NCBI GenBank assembly: GCA_964555685.1 | Contig: CAZKTO010000003.1 | Span: 556 to 64,555 of the forward strand | Source of the DNA: an uncultured Dehalococcoidia bacterium | GTDB taxonomy: Bacteria > Chloroflexota > Dehalococcoidia > SHYB01 | Length of the DNA: 64,000 bases | Reading direction: 5' to 3' | In this document: positions 1-7,978 of the stretch, one piece after another | How positions within the stretch are numbered: the first letter of the stretch is position 1 | Layout: each line of letters opens with the position of its first letter | Program-made: the position numbers and the translations under genes | The notes under the pieces: model-generated | Seen by the model: the letters and a program-made list of their open reading frames with translations, nothing else | What the model was told of the DNA's origin: nothing | The model's database searches: none

Positions 1-708
1 GGCGCCCAGGAAGAGCCGTTCTACGGGCTGGCGGCTCCGGCCCGCGGCGGAAACGACCGTGTAGCCGCCGACGACCAGCGGGGCGGAGCGCTCCCTCCGA
101 ATCGCCAGCCAGGGCTGGCCGCTCCGGCGCAGGGTGTAGGGGCTGCGCAGGGGGCGGGCCAGCACACCCTCGAGTCCCAGGGAGAGGGCCGCCTCATAGA
201 ACGCCGTGCCGATCTCCGGCTGCCAGCCCGAGAGGTGGACGGCGTTGGATGGCGCCAGGCTCTCTTGGAGCAGCCGCTTGCGCTCAATGAGGGGCGCGCG
301 GAGGCACGGCCGGTAGGCTTGATAGAGGATGTCCCAGGCCTCGAAGGCCACGGGCGTGGGCTCGCCAGGTCCGGTCCGAGGCATGAGCCGGTCCGCCACG
401 AGGCGCAGGCTGGGAGCGCCGTAGCGGTCGCGGGTCACCAGCTCGCCGTCCAGCACGACGCCATCGACGCGGACGGCTCGGGCAACGGCCTCGGCCACCT
501 CGGGGAAGGCGCCCGTGAGGTCGCGTCCGTTGCTGGCGGCGATGCGGGCCTCGCCGCCTTCGACGGAGACCAGCGCGCGGAGGCCGCCCCACAGGCCGTC
601 GAAGAGCCAGGCCGGATCGTCGAAGGGCTCGCTCGTTGGGAAGATGGGCCTGGGCCGGAGGCCCTGGGGCAGGGCGCCCAGGGCCAGGGCGAGTTGGGGC
701 GGGGGCAT
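1..708 (-). CDS. ATP-dependent DNA ligase-like protein (LigD/LigC ligase-domain family), N-terminal 236 aa; 3' end lies beyond the window edge
   Basis: My own translation of the minus strand from the ATG at 708 gives MPPPQLALALG...FDDPAWLFDGLWGGLRALVSVEGGEARIAASNGRDLTGAFPEV...VVLDGELV...FEAWDILY...LEGVLARPLRSPY...WLAIRR. These follow the order of ligase motifs I, III, IIIa, IV and V. The frame is open to position 1, so it is absent from the ORF track. Confidence 0.6.
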   Translation of the reverse strand, partial: MPPPQLALALGALPQGLRPRPIFPTSEPFDDPAWLFDGLWGGLRALVSVEGGEARIAASNGRDLTGAFPEVAEAVARAVRVDGVVLDGELVTRDRYGAPSLRLVADRLMPRTGPGEPTPVAFEAWDILYQAYRPCLRAPLIERKRLLQESLAPSNAVHLSGWQPEIGTAFYEAALSLGLEGVLARPLRSPYTLRRSGQPWLAIRRERSAPLVVGGYTVVSAAGRSRQPVERLFLGA

Positions 709-871
709 GATGGGGCGGGGCTAGTGCTGAGTCACTGTCACCCCGAGGCCGTCTGCGGCCGAGGGGTCTGGGGATGGGAAGACCTCCCCGCCCCAGATTC
801 CTCGCCTGACGGCTCGGAATGACACTTTTGCAACCAGTTCTGGACCTTGGTTGGGTGTTCGCACTATATCG

Positions 872-2185
872 TCAACCGTACGCCTCGTCCAGGAGCTCGA
901 CGACGTGGGCCACGCGGACGCGCAGGCCGTGCCGCCGCGCCCCCATCTGGAGCTGGAGCATGCAGCCGGGGTTAGCCGTGGCGATGACCTCGGGCTGGAC
1001 GGCCGCCGCGCGCTCGATCTTGCGGGCGAGGATCTGGCGCGAGAGGTCGCGGTGAACGACGTTGTACATGCCGCCCGCTCCGCAGCACATGTCCGAGGCC
1101 TCCATCTCGACCAGCGTCAACCCGGGGATGGAGCGCAGCACGGCCCGAGGCGCGTCCTTGATGCGCTGGGCGTGGGCCAGGTGGCAGGAGTCCTGGTAGG
1201 TGACGCGCGCCCGCATCTCCAGGGTTGGCGGCTGGAGCGGCAGCGCAGCCAGGTACTCGCTCACGTCGCGCACGAGGGCGCTGAAGCGACGGGCCTTTTC
1301 GGCGTAGGCAGGGTCGTCCTTCAGGAGATCGGCGTACTCCTTCATCGTCACGCCGCAGCCGGCCGCATTCACGACGACGGCCTCCACCCCGGCGCTCAGG
1401 AAGACATCGATGTTCCGGCGGGCCAGGGCGCGGGCCGTCTCCCGCTCGCCGGCGTGGGTGTGAAGCGCCCCGCAGCAGCCCTGGCCTCGAGGCACCGCCA
1501 CGTCGCAGCCGTTGCGCGCAAGCACCCGGACCGTCGCTTCGCTGACGGGCCCGTAGATGAGCGGCATGACGCAGCCCGAAAGCACTCCTACCCGCCTCAC
1601 ACCCCGACGTGCCGGGGTACCCGGCCCCTGGGCGCGCGCCACATCGCCGCGAGGGCGCCGGAAGAAGCGCCGCAGGGGGGGCAGCTGCCGGTCCAGCTCG
1701 TCCAGGAGGCCGATGGGCTTGAGGAGGTGGATCTCGCGCACGAGCCATTGGAGGCCGGTTACCTGATACAGCTTGAGGAGCCAGGCCAGGACGCGCAGGA
1801 GCCAGGGCCGGGGCAGGAGCAGGCGGAAGGCGAGCCAGCGCAGCAGCCGCTCGCGCAGGCCGCGCCGCGTGCGCGTGGCGATCTGCGCCCGTGTGGCCTC
1901 CATCACCCGGCCGAAGGGCACGCCCGAGGGGCAGACCGCCTCGCAGGCACGGCACTGGACGCAGAGTTCCATGTGCTCGACGACGCCCTCCGTGAGGCCC
2001 ACGCGCCCCTTGTGGACGGCGAGCATGAGGGCCAGGCGCCCCCGTGGCGACTCCGTCTCGAGCCCGGTGGTGACGTACGTCGGGCACGACTGGAGGCAGA
2101 GACCGCAACGGACGCACTTGTAGAGGTCGGCCTCGGCGGGGGCGTCGGGACCGGCGAAGGTGACGGGCGAGGGCGTCGCGGTCAC
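872..2185 (-). CDS. glcF: glycolate oxidase iron-sulfur subunit (GlcF-like, 2x CxxCxxCxxxCP plus CCG domains)
   Basis: It lies within ORF 872..2608. Motifs seen are CVRCGLCLQSCP and CVQCRACEAVCP. I chose the GTG at 2185 because it overlaps the glcE stop (GTGA), which removes a 141-aa Arg/Pro-rich extension that would overlap glcE. Confidence 0.85.
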   Translation of the reverse strand: MTATPSPVTFAGPDAPAEADLYKCVRCGLCLQSCPTYVTTGLETESPRGRLALMLAVHKGRVGLTEGVVEHMELCVQCRACEAVCPSGVPFGRVMEATRAQIATRTRRGLRERLLRWLAFRLLLPRPWLLRVLAWLLKLYQVTGLQWLVREIHLLKPIGLLDELDRQLPPLRRFFRRPRGDVARAQGPGTPARRGVRRVGVLSGCVMPLIYGPVSEATVRVLARNGCDVAVPRGQGCCGALHTHAGERETARALARRNIDVFLSAGVEAVVVNAAGCGVTMKEYADLLKDDPAYAEKARRFSALVRDVSEYLAALPLQPPTLEMRARVTYQDSCHLAHAQRIKDAPRAVLRSIPGLTLVEMEASDMCCGAGGMYNVVHRDLSRQILARKIERAAAVQPEVIATANPGCMLQLQMGARRHGLRVRVAHVVELLDEAYG

Positions 2186-3543
2186 AGGCCACCTACGAAC
2201 CGGCCGGGGCTCAGGATGCGTCCGGGGTCGAACTGCTCCTTGAGCCGCCGCATGATGGCGAATTCGGAGCCGGGCGTCCCCCACACGTCGATGGACATCT
2301 TGAGAGCGGGCGCGCAGCTCTCGACGACGAAGCTCCCGCCGGCGTTGGCCGCCGCCTTCCGCAGCGTGCCGGCGGCCTCGCCGAGCATCACCTCGTCGCC
2401 CCGACAGGTCGGGGCCTCCCCCCACCAGGACGCCCGGAGCACGCCCGCGGCCAGGTGGACATCCAGCGCCACCTCCAGGTGGCTGCTCTCGGCCAGGGCT
2501 TCGTGCCCGTGGACCAGCCCGCCGAGCCGCGATGCGCGGACCGACGTCCGCGTGATCATGGAGACCGGCGCCGCATCGACGTGGCCCAGCTCGACGATGG
2601 CGCGCCACAGGCTCTCGTACTCGATGGCGTCGCCGACGGCGACGGACTTGCCGCCCGCCTGGGCGAGGAGCCGATGGGCGTCCGACTTCTGCCGCTCGAC
2701 GGCCGCGGGAGCGCTCCCGAAGTCGATGGCGAGGGTATAGAGGCGGTCGCTGAAGGCCGGGACGCCGGTCTTGAGGCCGATCTTGCGCATGGCGTGGGCG
2801 TTCAGGAGGTCGAGGGCCGCGGGGCGGAGGCCCCCCTTGAGGAGGCCGTGGGCCGCATCCAGCGCCTCCCGCAGCTCCCGGAATCCGGCGAGCAGGGCGG
2901 CCCGCGCCTTGGGCGCCGGCGCCAGCTTGAACGTGGCCTCGACGATAATCCCCAGCGTGCCCAGGGAGCCGATGAAGAGCTTCGGCAGGTCGAAGCCGGC
3001 GACGTTCTTGACGACCTTGCCGCCGCCCTTGACGAGCTTGCTCTGAGCGTCCACCACGCGCAGGCCGATGAGCCGGTCCCGCGCCGTCCCGTAGGCGAGG
3101 CGGCGGGGCCCGCTGGTGTTCGCGGCGAGGATGCCGCCAATGGTGGCGCGATCGGGCCGGGGGACATCCAGGGGCAGCATCTGGCCGTGCGGGCCGAGGG
3201 CCCGGCCCAGCTCGGCCAGGGTGATGCCGGCCTCGGCGGTGACCGTGAGGTCGGCGGGCTCATACTCCAGAATCCGGGCCATGCGCCGCGTGCCGAGCAC
3301 GATATCGAGGCGCTCCGGCGGCCGGCCCAGGGCCATGGCGGTGCCGCCGCCGCGCGCCGTCACGGCCAGCCCCTCGGCCGCGGCGAGCCGGACGACCTGG
3401 GCGACCTCGTCGCGGCTGGCGGGGTGGACGGCGGCCCTGGGCACGAGGCCATCGACGGCGTACTGGGCGGCGCCTTCTCCCAGCACCACGTGCTCGGCGC
3501 CGACGGTCTCGGCGAGGGCGCGGTCAAGGGTGAGGGTGGGCAT
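2182..3543 (-). CDS. glcE: glycolate oxidase FAD-binding subunit (GlcE-like, FAD-binding PCMH domain)
   Basis: It lies within ORF 2182..3588. FAD-linked oxidase features include VTARGGGTAM. I chose the internal ATG at 3543 (MPTLTLDRAL...) so that it does not overlap the upstream gene, which ends at 3564. Confidence 0.8.
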   Translation of the reverse strand: MPTLTLDRALAETVGAEHVVLGEGAAQYAVDGLVPRAAVHPASRDEVAQVVRLAAAEGLAVTARGGGTAMALGRPPERLDIVLGTRRMARILEYEPADLTVTAEAGITLAELGRALGPHGQMLPLDVPRPDRATIGGILAANTSGPRRLAYGTARDRLIGLRVVDAQSKLVKGGGKVVKNVAGFDLPKLFIGSLGTLGIIVEATFKLAPAPKARAALLAGFRELREALDAAHGLLKGGLRPAALDLLNAHAMRKIGLKTGVPAFSDRLYTLAIDFGSAPAAVERQKSDAHRLLAQAGGKSVAVGDAIEYESLWRAIVELGHVDAAPVSMITRTSVRASRLGGLVHGHEALAESSHLEVALDVHLAAGVLRASWWGEAPTCRGDEVMLGEAAGTLRKAAANAGGSFVVESCAPALKMSIDVWGTPGSEFAIMRRLKEQFDPGRILSPGRFVGGL

Positions 3544-3563
3544 GGGCAGTGGGGGGAGGGATT

Positions 3564-3908
3564 CTAACCCACTTGGACGAAAGTCCAAACACCTTGCTGT
3601 GGTTCGCTTATGGCCGTGCCGTGTGAGCTAGCCAATGCAGCGAACTTTGCCGATAAGCGGGTGGGCGGGTTCACAAAGACGACCCTCACTGATTTATGTT
3701 CCTCGCGTTCGAGAGCTTCCAATAACGACAGAATTTCGTCCACGAACGAAGGCGTGATACCCTCGATGCCAGAGAAATCAAGGGTTACGTCTCCATCTGC
3801 TGACGCAAGCGCATCCGATAAAGCCGATGCCAAAGAGCGCGCTGACTCCCTAGTGACAAGCACTTTCTTCCCCGTCAGTTCGTATAGCTTCAGCACTTGA
3901 GGGCTCAT
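3564..3908 (-). CDS. small STAS-like protein (resembles the DUF4325 / anti-sigma-antagonist fold)
   Basis: This is a 114-aa ORF in roughly 50% GC DNA. It contains VTLDFSGIEGITPSFVDEILSLL...VRVVFVNPP, which resembles the STAS beta-alpha pattern. A GGAGG Shine-Dalgarno overlaps the upstream stop, 5 nt before the ATG at 3908. Confidence 0.7.
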   Translation of the reverse strand: MSPQVLKLYELTGKKVLVTRESARSLASALSDALASADGDVTLDFSGIEGITPSFVDEILSLLEALEREEHKSVRVVFVNPPTRLSAKFAALASSHGTAISEPQQGVWTFVQVG

Positions 3909-3917
3909 AGCTCCTCC

Positions 3918-4790
3918 TCATGTGGGAATCGAAACGTAGGCCAGCGTCCCGGGGAACAGCCGTGTACGACGAGCTCGATTGGTGGCACGTACCCCAAGCT
4001 CCAGGGTGCTCAGACCGGAGTGGATCATGAGTTGGCGATCTGGAGCTTTCATATCTTCTGCGATCCCGTAGAGACCGATCCCTCTCCTGGGATCTCCTGT
4101 TCCGCTAACACGCTCCTTTACCGCGAGCTCCAGAGCATCCCAGTCGTACCGAATCTTGGGACGAAGTTCTGGATTTCGCTCAAGCGAAGAGCGGATTCCT
4201 ATACCACCGTCGCACACACCGCAAACGAAGCGCTTTCCATATTCAAACGAGTAAAACTGGATGAATCCGTAAGCACCGATAGGAGACTCAGCATGTTGCA
4301 CGGCGTTCATCGCCAATTCAGCGAAGACCTCACTTACAATCGGTCTAATATTTGCCGCCCCAAGCCCCAGCTTGTTAAGAGAATCAAAGGCGTCGTTGGC
4401 CAGTTGCTCAACTTGTGCCTCTTTGACAAATCCTGAGAGGGGAAGAACCACCTGGGTATCCTGTGTTTCAAAGACATCGCGGTCGTCCACCTCTACCCCA
4501 CTGTTTTGAAGAATGCGGAACAGGCCAAGGGTCTTTAGGTAGACGCAGACGCCCAGGTTCATAGGAACCAGCACTCGGCATGTGCTGCCCCGGTGTTTGG
4601 CTAGCAACGGATACACCACACACCACAACACCGCTGCAGGCAGCACAAATGCGCAATCACGGAGGTCGATTTCAACTTCCGGTTCAACAAAACTTGGCGA
4701 CCTTGGATCAAATGCGTCGTATTGGCCGGAGAGTTCCCCAGCGTGCACGAACCTATTCGGCACCACTATCCGCAAAGGCTCTGTTACCAT
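3918..4790 (-). CDS. GHKL-type ATPase / RsbW-SpoIIAB-like serine kinase with an N-terminal STAS-like domain
   Basis: This is a 290-aa ORF. It has an N-box ELAMNAVQHA (aa 158-167), a G1 box DGGIGI (194-199) and a G2 box GIGLYG (237-242). The N-terminal roughly 135 aa (EIDLRDCAFVLPAAVLWCVVYPLL...RVLVPMN...YLKTLGLFRIL) look STAS-like. A GAGGGA Shine-Dalgarno lies 7 nt before the ATG at 4790. Confidence 0.75.
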   Translation of the reverse strand: MVTEPLRIVVPNRFVHAGELSGQYDAFDPRSPSFVEPEVEIDLRDCAFVLPAAVLWCVVYPLLAKHRGSTCRVLVPMNLGVCVYLKTLGLFRILQNSGVEVDDRDVFETQDTQVVLPLSGFVKEAQVEQLANDAFDSLNKLGLGAANIRPIVSEVFAELAMNAVQHAESPIGAYGFIQFYSFEYGKRFVCGVCDGGIGIRSSLERNPELRPKIRYDWDALELAVKERVSGTGDPRRGIGLYGIAEDMKAPDRQLMIHSGLSTLELGVRATNRARRTRLFPGTLAYVSIPT

Positions 4791-4817
4791 GACTTCATCC
4801 CTCAGGTTATCGCAATA

Positions 4818-6272
4818 CTACACAAACGCCCCGGGCCCCAGGTCCGGCAGGGTCTTGAGGCGCCAGCCCTCCCCGCAGCCGGAGCCCGTGGGGAAGACCT
4901 TGCACGGGTTGAAGGTCTCCGTCCCGCCAAACGACACGCGCACCTTTTCCATCGCCGCCATGTCGTCGTCCGAGAAGATCAGCTTCATGAAGCCCTTCTT
5001 CTCCAGGCCCACGCCGTGCTCGCCGGTGATGGAGCCGCCGGCCTCGACGCAGACGCGCATGATCTCGGCGCCCGCCTCCAGCACGCGCTCGCTCTGGCCG
5101 GCGATGCGCTCGTCGAAGAGGACGTTGGGGTGCAGGTTCCCATCGCCGGCGTGGAAGACGTTGGCCACCAAGAGCCCGTAGCGCTGGCCGATCTCGTTCA
5201 CCTGGCGCAGCACGGGCAGGAGCTTGGTGCGCGGGACGACGCCATCGAGGATGTAGTAGTTGGGGGCGAGACGGCCCAGCGCCCCCAGCGCTCCCTTGCG
5301 CCCGGCCCAGAGCCGCTCCCGGTCCTGGGGCGACTCCGCCGTCCGCACCTCCGTGGCGCCGAGATCGCGGCAGATGGCCTCCACGGCGGCCGCCTCCTCG
5401 GCCACCGCCTCCCTGATGCCGTCCACCTCGATCAGCAGCACGGCCCCCGCGTCTGGCGGGTAGTCGCAGCGCACCGCCTGCTCGACCGCGCCGATGGTCA
5501 CCTTGTCGATCATCTCGAGCGCGGCTGGGACGACCCCCGCGGCGATGATGGCGGAGACGGCGCGGCTGGCGTCGTCCATCTCCCGGTAGATAGCAACGAG
5601 GGTCTTGATGGCCGCGGGCAGCGGCGTGAGCTTGACGGCGATCTTGGTGGCGATGCCGCACGTCCCCTCGGAGCCCACGAAGAGGCCCGTGAGGTCGTAG
5701 CCGGGCGCGTCCTGGTGCGACCCGCCCAGCCAGACCACCTCGCCATCGGGCAGGACCACCTCCAGGCCCAGGACGTGGTTGGTCGTCACGCCGTAGGCCA
5801 GGCAGTGGGGCCCGCCGGAGTTCTCGGCCACGTTCCCGCCGATGGTGCAGGCCTTCTGGCTCGAGGGGTCCGGCACGTAGTGGAGGCCGTGGGGCTCCGC
5901 CTGCTGGCTCAGGTGCAGGTTGATGACCCCCGGCTCGACGATGGCGACACGGTCCACCGGGTCGAGCTCCAAGATGCGGGTCATGCGCGTGAGGGAGACG
6001 ACGATGCCGCCACGGATGGCGACGGCGCCACCGCTGAGGCCCGTCCCAGCGCCGCGCGGCACGATGGGGATGCCGTGCTGGTGGGCCAGGCGGACGACCT
6101 TCGCGACCTGCTCCGTGCTGGTGGGGAAGACGACGGCCTGGGGCGGCATCTTCTCGATGGAGCCATCGAACTCGAAGACGACCATGTCCTCGGGCGTCCA
6201 GAGCACGGCGCCGCGCCCCACGATGCGCTCGAGGGCGGTGATGAGGCTGGGCTTTCGGGTCTTGGCAGGCAT
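4818..6272 (-). CDS. glcD: glycolate oxidase subunit D / FAD-linked oxidase
   Basis: This 484-aa ORF has a PCMH FAD-binding domain (IVPRGAGTGLSGGAV) and a C-terminal FAD-oxidase domain (GSITGEHGVGLEK). Confidence 0.9.
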   Translation of the reverse strand: MPAKTRKPSLITALERIVGRGAVLWTPEDMVVFEFDGSIEKMPPQAVVFPTSTEQVAKVVRLAHQHGIPIVPRGAGTGLSGGAVAIRGGIVVSLTRMTRILELDPVDRVAIVEPGVINLHLSQQAEPHGLHYVPDPSSQKACTIGGNVAENSGGPHCLAYGVTTNHVLGLEVVLPDGEVVWLGGSHQDAPGYDLTGLFVGSEGTCGIATKIAVKLTPLPAAIKTLVAIYREMDDASRAVSAIIAAGVVPAALEMIDKVTIGAVEQAVRCDYPPDAGAVLLIEVDGIREAVAEEAAAVEAICRDLGATEVRTAESPQDRERLWAGRKGALGALGRLAPNYYILDGVVPRTKLLPVLRQVNEIGQRYGLLVANVFHAGDGNLHPNVLFDERIAGQSERVLEAGAEIMRVCVEAGGSITGEHGVGLEKKGFMKLIFSDDDMAAMEKVRVSFGGTETFNPCKVFPTGSGCGEGWRLKTLPDLGPGAFV

Positions 6273-6296
6273 GGAGCCCTCGCCCTCACCCCCGTT

Positions 6297-6319
6297 CCCC
6301 TCTCCGAGTCGGAGAGGGG
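6297..6319. repeat. REP-like hairpin, family B (CCCTCTCC-N-GGAGAGGG)
   Basis: The sequence cccctctccgagtcggagagggg lies in the purU-glcD intergenic region. Confidence 0.7.
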
Positions 6320-6332
6320 GACTGAAGGAGGG

Positions 6333-7196
<864 letters not shown>

Positions 7197-7233
7197 GGGG
7201 CGTCCCTTCAGACGCGCCCCATTGTACCACCGA

Positions 7234-7362
7234 GACCTCTCCCTCCTGTCCCCCTCGAAGGACTCGGGGCAAGCTCTCTCCTGAATGGAGAGGAACGATA
7301 CCCCCTCCCTCTTTAGGGAAGAGCCTGTCCTGAGCTTGCCGAAGGAGGGCCAGGGGGTTAGG
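7234..7362. repeat. composite REP-like element with an inverted copy at 56428-56508
   Basis: By-eye alignment to the reverse complement of 56428-56508 shares gacctctccctcctgtccc / tctcctgaa.ggagagg.acgataccccc.tcc.tctttagggaag / gggccagggggttagg. This copy carries two extra inserts of about 25 nt. Confidence 0.65.
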
Positions 7363-7453
7363 GCGCCGGTCGGCCCTCCCGCCGCTGCCCTTTTGCAAAC
7401 GCCCGGCCCCACGACTAAGATGACGGCGTACCTTTTCCAAAGAAGGTGACACC

Positions 7454-7951
7454 ATGAACGAGAGAGCGCGCGGCACCGTCGCCGGCATCTTCCTGCGGGA
7501 CGGCCACGGCAAGACGCCCCGGCCCGTGAGCCAGGCAAACGCGGTCCTCCAGCACGGGCTGGCGGGCGACTTCAACGGCAAGCGGCCCGAGGAGGGCTGG
7601 CGTCAGGTGCTCCTGGTGGACCGGGGCGACCTCGAAAGCCTGGGCCTGAAGCCGGGCGACCTCCGCGAGCAGATCACCGTCGATCTCCCCGGCCTGATGC
7701 TGCTGCCCGGCGGCGCAAGGCTCGAGGCCGGCGACGTGGTGCTGGAGATCACGCGCGACTGCGAGCCATGCACGCGTATCGGCCCCTTGATAGGACGGAA
7801 GGACGCCGAGGCCTTCCGGAGGACGCTCATCGGCCGGCGGGGCATGTTCGCGCGCGTAGCCGAGGTCCGGGGCGCCGCGCGCATCGCCGTCGGCGACGCC
7901 GTCCGGGTGCTCGCGCCGGCGCCGGGCTCCGCAGCTCGGCCCACGGCCTAG
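7454..7951 (+). CDS. MOSC domain protein
   Basis: This 165-aa ORF contains QVLLVDRGDLESLGL...GDVVLEITRDCEPCTRIG, a typical MOSC beta-barrel with a conserved Cys. Confidence 0.75.
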   Translation: MNERARGTVAGIFLRDGHGKTPRPVSQANAVLQHGLAGDFNGKRPEEGWRQVLLVDRGDLESLGLKPGDLREQITVDLPGLMLLPGGARLEAGDVVLEITRDCEPCTRIGPLIGRKDAEAFRRTLIGRRGMFARVAEVRGAARIAVGDAVRVLAPAPGSAARPTA

Positions 7952-7978
7952 CCGCCAACGCATCGCCAGGACGCCGGT

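Larger units (their letters stand above)
3544..4817 (-). other. compositionally foreign (about 48% GC) two-gene insertion between glcD and glcE
   Basis: Hand GC counts give 28/60 for 3721-3780 and 29/60 for 4201-4260, against 43/60 for 4861-4920. The segment is bounded by the glcD stop (4818) and the glcE start (3543). Confidence 0.6.

Noticed and set aside
745-770. Imperfect hairpin ccccgaggccg-tctg-cggccgagggg after glcF as a terminator.
   Set aside because: The stem has two internal mismatches and there is no T-tract on the relevant (minus) strand. It cannot be distinguished from the general GC-rich palindromic background.
3897-4436. Plus-strand 179-aa ORF inside the low-GC cassette.
   Set aside because: It is antisense to the 290-aa GHKL ATPase gene, which has clear N/G1/G2 boxes and a Shine-Dalgarno. 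The plus-strand product has no recognisable features.
3556-4803. 7-bp inverted match (gagggat at 3556-62, atccctc at 4797-803) at the borders of the low-GC cassette as terminal inverted repeats.
   Set aside because: It is too short to be significant. The right copy is simply the Shine-Dalgarno of gene A. No longer TIR or target duplication is visible.
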